64,000 nucleotides of DNA from a virus. Lineage: Duplodnaviria; Caudoviricetes. Positions 8,619 through 16,859 of this stretch are shown here, in pieces; within the stretch, counting starts at the first letter, position 1, and the number at the start of each line of letters is the position of its first letter. The DNA is taken from positions 20,032 to 84,031 of the IMG/VR virus record IMGVR_UViG_3300031519_000013, one strand, 5' to 3'. Both the position numbers and the translations under genes were made by a program. The notes under the pieces were generated by a model. That model made no database searches. It was not told the origin of the DNA and saw only the letters and a program-made list of their open reading frames with translations.

Positions 8619-9298
8619 CCTTCATTCATAATAATTATCTCGGTGACATTGAACTCAACAAAAAAGAAACACCCGGTTGCAGACTATATCAAGTCCCAAA
8701 TGGCGACTGGGTTCCTTCTATTACTTCTGTCACTTCTTTCTATAATCGCGAGATTTTTGTCAAGTGGCGCAAACGAATTGGAGAAGAGGAAGCTAACAAA
8801 ATTACGAGAAAAGCAACTGCCCGTGGAACTGATTACCATGAGGTTGCACAAGCATACTTAGAGAATAAGGAATTGAATTGGGACGATTACCGCCCCTTAT
8901 CTAAGTTGATGTTTCACCATAGCAAACCATATCTAGATAAGATAAATAATATACATGCTATTGAACGCACTCTCTTTTCTGAGTACCTTGGATTAGCCGG
9001 AAGAGTTGATTGTATTGCCGAATACGAAGGCGAACTAGCTATCATAGACTTTAAAACATCAGAAAAAATCAAACCAGAGAAGTGGTTGGAAAACTATTTC
9101 GTTCAGGAAACTGCATATGCTTGTATGTACTATGAGATGACTGGCATTCCAGTTACTAAACTCATTACTATTATGGTTACTCCTGGTGGAGATGTCAAAG
9201 TATTTGACAAAAGGAACAAAGAAGAGTATATTGTACTTCTAGTTCGTTATATTAAGGAATTTGTCACCAACAATTTATCTCACGCCAATGCCAAATGA
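8615..9298 (+). CDS. PD-(D/E)XK exonuclease
   Basis: PSITSV, RGTDYH, GRVDCIAEY, IIDFKTS, QETAYA. Confidence 0.88.
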   Translation: MTFIHNNYLGDIELNKKETPGCRLYQVPNGDWVPSITSVTSFYNREIFVKWRKRIGEEEANKITRKATARGTDYHEVAQAYLENKELNWDDYRPLSKLMFHHSKPYLDKINNIHAIERTLFSEYLGLAGRVDCIAEYEGELAIIDFKTSEKIKPEKWLENYFVQETAYACMYYEMTGIPVTKLITIMVTPGGDVKVFDKRNKEEYIVLLVRYIKEFVTNNLSHANAK

Positions 9299-9545
9299 AC
9301 TAGACGAAGCATTTCAGAAAAAGTTTATGGTTCCTGCTCAATTTGCGCAGGAAATAGAAAAACTTGTGCAAGAAAATAGAGAACTGAATTACATTGATGC
9401 TATCGTCGTGTTCTGTGAAAAAAATAGTATTGAACTTGAATCAGTGCCTAAATTATTATCAAAGCCATTAAAAGAAAAACTTAAATTTAATGCTACCGAG
9501 TTGAATTTTCTTAAACGAAGTTCCCGAGCAAAACTACCTATCTAA
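9288..9545 (+). CDS. gp33: Late transcription coactivator
   Basis: FAQEIEKLV, NYIDAIVVFCEKNSIELESVPKLLSKPLKEKL. Confidence 0.88.
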   Translation: MPNELDEAFQKKFMVPAQFAQEIEKLVQENRELNYIDAIVVFCEKNSIELESVPKLLSKPLKEKLKFNATELNFLKRSSRAKLPI

Positions 9546-9546
9546 G

Positions 9547-9771
9547 ATGAACCGAAAGCAGGACCCCGATGATTATTGGTTCGATTGGACAATGGGTATA
9601 GATGAAATTCGTATGTTTCATAATCACCTATGCTATGCAGTCCAAACTTGGCCTGGTTCACCTGCTCGTCCTCCGGAAGAACAAGAGTTTCTTAAATTCA
9701 TGAAGCAAAAAACTTTTGCCATGCTGATGGAGTATCAACTTGATCAACCCTCAGCGGAAAACGACTTTTAG
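9547..9771 (+). CDS. Hypothetical protein
   Basis: 74-aa ORF; WPGSPARPPEEQE. Confidence 0.7.
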   Translation: MNRKQDPDDYWFDWTMGIDEIRMFHNHLCYAVQTWPGSPARPPEEQEFLKFMKQKTFAMLMEYQLDQPSAENDF

Positions 9772-9818
9772 TTTCAAAAAAGGGCGATAAAAAATCCCGG
9801 CAAAAAATTGCCCTATTA
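9768..9818. repeat. 51-bp dispersed intergenic repeat, copy 1
   Basis: 46/51 identical to 27982-28032. Confidence 0.9.
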
Positions 9819-9829
9819 GGTTTTTTATT

Positions 9830-10399
9830 ATGAAATATCGATTAGAGTTAGAACATTTGAAAGAAGGGTGTCCTGTCATGGTCACTAAACTTCCAAAAGA
9901 AATATTAGAAGAGATTGTTTCGTGGGTAAAGTATGGTAGAGAGATCAAAGATCATCCTCTATTCATGCTCAGAATACATGAGAACTATGGTAAGAATTCA
10001 TATCAACTCTCTGTTCCTTCTAGGATGGTAGAAGAGTCCTTTTGGTTAGCTCTTACTTTGAGAATGACTGCTACTCTTTGTGGTGGTCATCATAGAGACT
10101 ACAAAATCAGAAAGTGGGATGGTCATTTTGATTCATATGATGTCTGGTTGAACTTTTCCTATAAAGGTGATCATAATCCTGAACATAAACACACCGGTAG
10201 TCTATCTGGTGTGGTATACTGTGAGAATCCTGATCTACATTCGATTTATTTTCCTGAATATGATGTAGAATTCTCAGGGGAACCAGGCACCATGATTACA
10301 TTTCCTAGTCATGTTCTGCATGAAGTCAAAGAGCAATTGACTGACAATGAACGTGTCACAATTGCTTTCAATATTATTCGTAAAGATGATGCCAATTGA
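9830..10399 (+). CDS. 2OG-Fe(II) oxygenase-like protein
   Basis: WLNFSYKGDHNPEHKH, LSGVVY, FPSHVLHEV, RVTIAFN. Confidence 0.75.
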   Translation: MKYRLELEHLKEGCPVMVTKLPKEILEEIVSWVKYGREIKDHPLFMLRIHENYGKNSYQLSVPSRMVEESFWLALTLRMTATLCGGHHRDYKIRKWDGHFDSYDVWLNFSYKGDHNPEHKHTGSLSGVVYCENPDLHSIYFPEYDVEFSGEPGTMITFPSHVLHEVKEQLTDNERVTIAFNIIRKDDAN

Positions 10400-10976
10400 A
10401 TGCTATAAGACATATCTTGCGATGAAGCAACACTTCACCAAAGATAGTTACGACTACCTCAAATACTGTGGTAGAGTGAAAGCATCTGATAATGCTTTTA
10501 ATAAAAGAAAGGATAGATATTTCTTTGAGAAAATGTCCAGGCAGAAAAATGATAAAGAAATTGAGCAGTTCTTTGTAGCAAACTTTTCTAGCTGTGATGA
10601 TCCCCAAAGTCTTTACATGGCAGACATTGTTAAGAACGGAGAAAAAGTATATGTTGCTTGGCAGAAGAAAAACCAATCACTCTCTTACATGTTTAAGGGT
10701 GAGATAGAAGAGGTCTTTGGTGACAAGACCTTTGATGATATGTTTTCTATGAAAGAAAACAGTCACCCGCAATTAGTCAAAGAATTTTTGAAAGGAAACA
10801 TATCAATTGAATCATTGATTGTTTTGGATAAGATACTTGGATACAAATCTAAGTTCGATAAGAACATGTCAGACCCAGTGTGGAAACTGATATCTTACCG
10901 TATACACAAGTATTCTCCCTTTCTAAATATTGACGTATTTCGATTTAAAAAAATTTTGAAGGAGATTATCCTATGA
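10386..10976 (+). CDS. gp59: Helicase loader
   Basis: YLAMKQHFTKDSYDY, FNKRKDRYFFEK, ISIESLIVLDKIL. Confidence 0.88.
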   Translation: MMPIECYKTYLAMKQHFTKDSYDYLKYCGRVKASDNAFNKRKDRYFFEKMSRQKNDKEIEQFFVANFSSCDDPQSLYMADIVKNGEKVYVAWQKKNQSLSYMFKGEIEEVFGDKTFDDMFSMKENSHPQLVKEFLKGNISIESLIVLDKILGYKSKFDKNMSDPVWKLISYRIHKYSPFLNIDVFRFKKILKEIIL

Positions 10977-11311
10977 GTTTCTTCGATTCAGATGTCGTAA
11001 GAAAAGAGATGGTAGAGATTCAAGAACTTCAAGAAGAAGTTTATACAAAGGTCTTTGACTTCCCTTTCATGGATAAGGAAGATAGAATTGAGCATGTTCA
11101 AATGCTTGAAAAACTTCTAGACAAACAACGTGTTCTATACACACGCTTGTCACTCTCCGATGATCCTGAGGCAAAGTTGATGAAGGAGAACATCGTCAAA
11201 TCTGCAAAGATGATGGGGATGCCTGAAAATATTGATATGAGCATCGTCTTCTCCAATATGGAAAAGATGCTTAAAACTATGCGCCAACAGGTTGACAAGG
11301 ACCTACCTTAG
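10973..11311 (+). CDS. Conserved cyanophage hypothetical protein
   Basis: MSFFDSDVVRKEM, RLSLSDDPEA; between gp59 and gp32. Confidence 0.8.
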   Translation: MSFFDSDVVRKEMVEIQELQEEVYTKVFDFPFMDKEDRIEHVQMLEKLLDKQRVLYTRLSLSDDPEAKLMKENIVKSAKMMGMPENIDMSIVFSNMEKMLKTMRQQVDKDLP

Positions 11312-11321
11312 GTCCTATAAT
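11292..11321 (+). promoter_or_regulatory. Sigma70 promoter for gp32 with palindromic spacer
   Basis: TTGACA 11292-11297, 18 bp, TATAAT 11316-11321; AGGACCTA/TAGGTCCT inverted repeat. Confidence 0.8.
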
Positions 11322-11360
11322 ACCGAAGTACACATAAGCCAAAACTACAAGCCAAATCTA

Positions 11361-12269
11361 ATGTCTTTTTCTGATCTAAAAAAGCAGTCCCGTCTGGGAT
11401 CTCTTACCTCTAAGCTAGTTGCTGAGGTAGAGAAGACCAATGTTAAGAGCAACGGTTCCGACGAGAGACTGTGGAAACCATCACTCGATAAGAGTGGTAA
11501 TGGTTATGCCGTAATTCGTTTTCTACCTGCACCTGAGAGTGAGGATATTCCCTGGGCAAAGGTGTACAGCCATGCTTTCCAAGGTCCTGGTGGATGGTAC
11601 ATTGAGAACTCTCTGACTACTATTGGTCAGAAGGATCCTGTATCTGAGCACAATCGTGACCTCTGGAACAGTGGTAATGAAGCGGACAAAGATACTGTCC
11701 GTAAGCAGAAGCGTAAGTTGTCCTATTACAGCAACATCTATGTTGTTAAGGACTCAACTAACCCCGAAAACGAAGGAAGAGTATTTTTATTCAAATATGG
11801 CAAGAAAATCCACGACAAAATCCTTGCTGCTATGCAGCCCGAATTTGAGGACGAAACTCCTATCAATCCCTTTGACTTCTGGGAAGGTGCGGACTTCAAA
11901 CTTAAAATCCGCAAATTGGATGGTTACTGGAATTATGACAAGTCAGAGTTTGATTCTGTTGCACCTCTCCTTGATGACGATGATGCACTTGAAGCAATCT
12001 GGAAGAAGCAATACTCCTTAGCAGAGTTTACCTCTCCCGCAAGTTTCAAATCCTATGAGGATCTGGAACGTCGCTTGAATCAAGTCCTACGAGTTCAACA
12101 ACGTCGTGCTGTTGCTGACGAATCTTATGAAGATGAATCAGAAGGTCGTGGTAGTATTACTGCTGACTTTAACTCATCTGATATCACTCCATCTGCTCCC
12201 GTTGTGCAGTCAAAGAATGATGATGAAGATGATGCCCTGAGTTACTTTCAGAAACTCGCTGAGGCATAA
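11361..12269 (+). CDS. gp32: Single-stranded DNA binding protein
   Basis: GNGYAVIRFLP, HAFQGPGGWYIENSLTT, FDFWEGADFKLK, acidic tail DDALSYFQKLAE. Confidence 0.96.
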   Translation: MSFSDLKKQSRLGSLTSKLVAEVEKTNVKSNGSDERLWKPSLDKSGNGYAVIRFLPAPESEDIPWAKVYSHAFQGPGGWYIENSLTTIGQKDPVSEHNRDLWNSGNEADKDTVRKQKRKLSYYSNIYVVKDSTNPENEGRVFLFKYGKKIHDKILAAMQPEFEDETPINPFDFWEGADFKLKIRKLDGYWNYDKSEFDSVAPLLDDDDALEAIWKKQYSLAEFTSPASFKSYEDLERRLNQVLRVQQRRAVADESYEDESEGRGSITADFNSSDITPSAPVVQSKNDDEDDALSYFQKLAEA

Positions 12270-12929
12270 TTAACCGATGTTGATATTGCTAGCTTTCTTT
12301 AATTTATCGTTGATATATTGAGAAGATTGAGAGTAAGTCATTACTCTCTCGATGTCATCTAATACTATACCCAAGAAGGCAGGTCTCAAAATGTAGATCT
12401 GCCTTCTTTCATTTTGCAGACGTGTTTCATATTGCTCATTGGTTATACCATCAGTTATTTCAGATGCAATAACCTCTTTACCCATCGCAACATCTCTATA
12501 TGTGATAGAGAAGTCCTCATCTACTTGTAATCCTGCTGGAACAATTAAATTATCTGCTTGATCTCTGACTTCCTCTGTTTCGTAGTGATGAATCTCATTA
12601 GCTCCTACGAGACTACCATACTTATCAATCAAATGATTCTTAAATGAAACATTTGTGAGTGGCCATTCTTCCCTCACATTAATAATATTATTAACATATA
12701 AAATTACCCAATCTAAATCAGGATCTTTAAAGAATTTTTGTGCCACATTGTCTGGTCTCTCATCACCTTTAATTGTGTAGCGTGTGAATGCAGTGAAGTT
12801 CTGAAAGAAATCTTCTCTTACCTTTGCTCTCTTAAAAATATTTTTTACTTCAATGTAATCAGAACTAGAAACTTTTTCATCTAGTCTTGAAACGTAATTG
12901 AAGTTGGGTAGTTGTCTGAAATAACCCAT
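12270..12929 (-). CDS. gp53: Baseplate wedge subunit
   Basis: YTIKGDERPDNVA, DWVILYVNNI, IHHYET. Confidence 0.88.
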   Translation of the reverse strand: MGYFRQLPNFNYVSRLDEKVSSSDYIEVKNIFKRAKVREDFFQNFTAFTRYTIKGDERPDNVAQKFFKDPDLDWVILYVNNIINVREEWPLTNVSFKNHLIDKYGSLVGANEIHHYETEEVRDQADNLIVPAGLQVDEDFSITYRDVAMGKEVIASEITDGITNEQYETRLQNERRQIYILRPAFLGIVLDDIERVMTYSQSSQYINDKLKKASNINIG

Positions 12930-14251
12930 TAGAATCCTGTGCCCTCAGCGCCCTCGTCGTTCTCATAATCTATATCGTATATAGGTTCCATCTCACTGAA
13001 TGAAAATTGTAAACTGTATGCCACAGGAGAACCATCTTCATATGTCATGTATGCACCATCAGGTGTGAAGTTTACGCCAAGACCAGTGAGCGCACACGGT
13101 TTGATTTTGTTTAAGAATGGATGGTTCTGACCTTTGTGTATAAAATTAATAAGGAATACATTTGGTGTATATAAGAAGAGAGCACCACCTTTTATCTTAG
13201 GTGCCATTGCCTTCTTAAACATTCTAATAATCTGCTTACAACTCTGTGCTTCTGCTTTGTCTCTGGGAGTCAACTTGTAGTCAAAACTGAACGTTCGTAA
13301 CTGAGGACCTTTGAACAAAAGTTCCATGTTACTATTCAGAACTGCACCTGTTGTTCTGGTGAGAAGGTTACCACCACCAACAATATCCTGAGTAATTTTT
13401 GCTCTGAGTGCTTTCTTTGCTTCACTTGCGTTGGCACCTAAGGCACCGCTTGCATTATTAAGAGCATTACCTATATCACCTTGAATAGCATTTTGAACTA
13501 TATCCTGACCAGCTGCTTGGAATGCATTCAAAGTGTCTTCTCCAAAACTCACATTATTCTGTGAAGAAATATTCAGTGGCATGGGTAGGATGACTGATCC
13601 CACTGGACTTTGATTTTTTAATCTTCCTGATGGTCTTCCACCACCACCTTTTTCAATTATACTTGCTAATGCACCCTCTCCTCCGGGGACATATTCAATG
13701 ATACTAAACTGAACGAAGTCATAGCTACCATCAATTTGACTTGCTGGATACCTTACTGTTGACCCATCAAGATCTTGAACCTCAGGGGGTTTTTGTACTA
13801 CTGGTGCTGCTGGTGATGGTGCAGCACTTTCATCTACCTCTGTATCACTACCAGTCGGTGGTACTGGTGTCGTATCAATGTCTGGTTCTACTGGTATGGT
13901 CTTCCCTTTGATACTAATTTTATTTCCATATCCCATGTCTCTTAGGTTTAATCTCTGAGTAGTTGATGCGTTGTTGTTAATTATTGCTTTATTTTCGTTC
14001 TCTACTACACCTTTTACTTTTGATTGCAAATCTTTATTTAAATTTCTACTTCTGCTTCCTGAAAGACCAAGTAATTCTTTTTGTGCTGTTTGATCTCCAC
14101 CAGAAAAATTTATATTTCCACCAGAAGCAGAGTCTCCGGATCCAATTATTCTACCTTTACTATCCTTTACCGTGTAGGCACCATTTTCCAACTCCGTCTC
14201 AACAGTTACTGATTTCCCATTGATGTTTAACTTGGAACTTTTCTTTGCCAC
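12929..14251 (-). CDS. gp48: Baseplate tail tube cap
   Basis: ILPMP, NSNMELLFKGPQLRTFSFDYKLTPR, KIKPCALT, LQFSFSEMEPIY. Confidence 0.85.
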   Translation of the reverse strand: MAKKSSKLNINGKSVTVETELENGAYTVKDSKGRIIGSGDSASGGNINFSGGDQTAQKELLGLSGSRSRNLNKDLQSKVKGVVENENKAIINNNASTTQRLNLRDMGYGNKISIKGKTIPVEPDIDTTPVPPTGSDTEVDESAAPSPAAPVVQKPPEVQDLDGSTVRYPASQIDGSYDFVQFSIIEYVPGGEGALASIIEKGGGGRPSGRLKNQSPVGSVILPMPLNISSQNNVSFGEDTLNAFQAAGQDIVQNAIQGDIGNALNNASGALGANASEAKKALRAKITQDIVGGGNLLTRTTGAVLNSNMELLFKGPQLRTFSFDYKLTPRDKAEAQSCKQIIRMFKKAMAPKIKGGALFLYTPNVFLINFIHKGQNHPFLNKIKPCALTGLGVNFTPDGAYMTYEDGSPVAYSLQFSFSEMEPIYDIDYENDEGAEGTGF

Positions 14252-14269
14252 AACAATCTTTTTAGTTAT

Positions 14270-14632
14270 TTATCCACGAACGCGAAACTTTTTATATGGA
14301 AGGGTGCGGAGTGTTGATAATTCTTCTGCATTAACCCTATACATTGGACCAATAATCTCAGGAAATGTATAATTTCTTACCATATTCCAGTGATAATTAA
14401 ACCCTTTGAATCCCCATCGGGTAATTTCAACGATTTCTACCAGAGGATGTTCATCATATAACAACTCAGGTGTCTTTGCTTGATATACGAAAGTATAAAA
14501 TGCACCAACACTATCAGGAGCATACTCTATATCACCAAGAGCCTCCATAATTTTTAGCATCATATCATCTGGACTCTCAGTACCAACACCTGATCCAATT
14601 AATTTTTTTTGTAACTTGGCAAGACGGTTCAT
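14270..14632 (-). CDS. Short gp2 (DNA end protector)-like protein
   Basis: FYTFVYQAKT, YDEHPLV, GFKGFNYH; next to gp4. Confidence 0.5.
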   Translation of the reverse strand: MNRLAKLQKKLIGSGVGTESPDDMMLKIMEALGDIEYAPDSVGAFYTFVYQAKTPELLYDEHPLVEIVEITRWGFKGFNYHWNMVRNYTFPEIIGPMYRVNAEELSTLRTLPYKKFRVRG

Positions 14633-15054
14633 AAACCTAGTTCTTTTTCTGTAATGATCTTAAATTCATACTTACGATCATCACAAAATTCTTGTGCTGC
14701 CTTCCATTTTGCTTCATTGACAGCATATGTTTTCATCTCATTAAGATATCTTTTCGACCTCTTCTTGGGCGGTACAGTCTGTTTAAGCGGTTTAACTTCG
14801 ATAACGTACCTCTTAATCCCTCCGTTTCTGGTTCTTGTTCTGACATAAAAGTCGGGAAAATAGCGATGAACCCTACGATCAAGAGGACTAATGTATGGAA
14901 TTGCAATTTCTTCACTCCCCCATTCGAGTATATTGCTGTTTCTATCGCACCAATTCATGAATTTTAATTCCCATAGGGAACGATAAATAATCTTAGTAGG
15001 GTCACCTTTATATTTCAAGTAATTACTTGGTTTAAATTTACCCTTATAGTTCAT
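14629..15054 (-). CDS. gp4: Head completion protein (TnsA-like nuclease fold)
   Basis: YKGDPTKIIYRSLWE, WGSEE, HRYFPDF, IEVKPLKQT, NEAKWKAA. Confidence 0.92.
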   Translation of the reverse strand: MNYKGKFKPSNYLKYKGDPTKIIYRSLWELKFMNWCDRNSNILEWGSEEIAIPYISPLDRRVHRYFPDFYVRTRTRNGGIKRYVIEVKPLKQTVPPKKRSKRYLNEMKTYAVNEAKWKAAQEFCDDRKYEFKIITEKELGL

Positions 15055-15083
15055 ACATAGTATATAAAGACTAAGGTATTTAG

Positions 15084-15923
15084 ATGTCAGGTGCAGTTCC
15101 GTTTAGAAATCTAAGCACAAGTGACTTTCTTAGGCGGTTTGGACACCTTGCGCAAACCAGTCAGTTTCGTGCTGTGTTACAGGTAGGAGTTCTACCATTC
15201 ACTAAGAATTTTAATCCTCAGGGTGGTAGGTTCTATGATGATCTTAGTTTCATGTGTAATTCTACATCTCTTCCTGGTTCTAGTTTCTCAACCACTGAGA
15301 ACTTGCAGGATTACTATGGCATCAATCAAAAGTTTGCATATCGTAGAGACTTTGATGATCTAACTCTTGATTTTTATGTTGATGCGAAGTATCAAACTCT
15401 AAAATTCTTTGAAACATGGATGGACTATATTTCTAGCACAGGTGATTCATATTCTGTTCAAACAAATGCAGGTGCAGAATCTGACTCTGCATTTTATAGA
15501 TTTAGATATCCAAAAGAAATGGGTGGATATAAGTGTAGGATTGATTTGCACAAGTTTGATAAAGATTATGATAGAACCAAAAATGATATGCTTTATAGTT
15601 TTGTTAATGCATTTCCACTCAGCATCAGTTCCATTCCAGTCTCATATGATGGAAGCGATTTGTTAAAATGTAGTGTCACCTTTACATTCGATAGATATTT
15701 TACCAACAGGGGTGGTGCTGCGATTCAATCAGATACTCAGTCTAGTTCTAGTTCTAGTTCTGGAACTAATGCTCAAAACCCTAGTGCGTCTGGCCCAACA
15801 GATACACAGGCTACTACTGGCAGTGATAGATTTGATCTTGATTTCACTGCACCGTTGCAACCAGGCGATAGAGCTACATCTTATAAAGGACCAACGAACG
15901 GCAATTTCGAACTTGCTAATTAA
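15084..15923 (+). CDS. Tail tube initiator / gp54-like tube-fold protein
   Basis: STSLPG, LTLDFYVD, FFETWMDYI, NAFPLSISSIPVSY, VTFTFDRY. Confidence 0.7.
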   Translation: MSGAVPFRNLSTSDFLRRFGHLAQTSQFRAVLQVGVLPFTKNFNPQGGRFYDDLSFMCNSTSLPGSSFSTTENLQDYYGINQKFAYRRDFDDLTLDFYVDAKYQTLKFFETWMDYISSTGDSYSVQTNAGAESDSAFYRFRYPKEMGGYKCRIDLHKFDKDYDRTKNDMLYSFVNAFPLSISSIPVSYDGSDLLKCSVTFTFDRYFTNRGGAAIQSDTQSSSSSSSGTNAQNPSASGPTDTQATTGSDRFDLDFTAPLQPGDRATSYKGPTNGNFELAN

Positions 15924-15957
15924 CGATAAATAAGAATACTGAATTGTATAAGACATT

Positions 15958-16677
15958 ATGCCATTACCAAAGATTGCGACACCATATTATGATCTTGAAC
16001 TTCCCTCTTCTGGCGACAGTATTGAATATAGACCTTTCCTTGTAAAAGAAGAAAAACTTCTAGTCTTGGCTATGGAGAGTCAAGATCAAAAACAGATCAC
16101 CAAAGCAATCAAAGAAGTTATCAAGTCATGTATTCGTGGAGAGATTAAAGTAGAATCTCTACCCACATTTGATATCGAATACCTTTTCCTTAACATTCGT
16201 GGTAAGTCTGTTGGTGAAGAGATTGAATTAAAAATTATTGCACCAGACGATGGTGTAACAGAGATTGATGTCACTATTAATATTGATGACATTAAAGTTA
16301 TCAAAGATGATGATCACAATAGGGATGTAGATCTTGGAGATGGACTTGCATTGAGATTGAAGTACCCTTCTCTTGAAGAGTTTATTACAGACAACTTTGA
16401 CTTTGATGAGAATTCTTCTAATGTTGAGAAAACATTTGATCTGATTGGTTCTTGTATTGAAACCATTTACAATGAAGAGGAGGCATGGCCTGCTGCTGAT
16501 TGTAGCAAGAAAGAGATCAAAGAATTTGTTGATCAACTGAATACCAAACAGTTTCAGGACATTGAGAAGTTTTTCTCTACCATGCCTAAGTTATCACACA
16601 CTGTTAAGGTAAAGAATCCTAAGACTAAGAAGTCTAGTGAAGTTTTATTGGAGGGATTATCTAGTTTTTTCGCGTAG
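15958..16677 (+). CDS. gp26: Baseplate hub assembly protein
   Basis: MPLPKIATPYYDLELPS, YRPFLVKEEK, FDIEYLFLNIRGKSVGE, EGLSSFF. Confidence 0.92.
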   Translation: MPLPKIATPYYDLELPSSGDSIEYRPFLVKEEKLLVLAMESQDQKQITKAIKEVIKSCIRGEIKVESLPTFDIEYLFLNIRGKSVGEEIELKIIAPDDGVTEIDVTINIDDIKVIKDDDHNRDVDLGDGLALRLKYPSLEEFITDNFDFDENSSNVEKTFDLIGSCIETIYNEEEAWPAADCSKKEIKEFVDQLNTKQFQDIEKFFSTMPKLSHTVKVKNPKTKKSSEVLLEGLSSFFA

Positions 16678-16688
16678 CCCTTTCCCAC

Positions 16689-16859
16689 ATGAATTTGGAG
16701 GCATATTTTAGAATTAATTTTGCCCTCATGCAGCATCATAAATATAGCTTGACAGAGATTGAAAATATGATGCCCTGGGAACGGGATGTATACGTTGAAC
16801 TTTTAAAACAGCATGTTGAAGAGCAAAAGTTAGAGCAAGAGAAACAACGTAATGCTTAG
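16689..16859 (+). CDS. gp51: Baseplate hub assembly catalyst (not in ORF track)
   Basis: Manual translation MNLEAYFRINFALMQHHKYSLTEIENMMPWERDVYVELL... Confidence 0.88.
   Translation: MNLEAYFRINFALMQHHKYSLTEIENMMPWERDVYVELLKQHVEEQKLEQEKQRNA

Noticed and set aside
8615-9298. Cas4 as sign of a CRISPR system
   Set aside because: Typical phage PD-(D/E)XK exonuclease between phoH and gp33; no array or other cas genes
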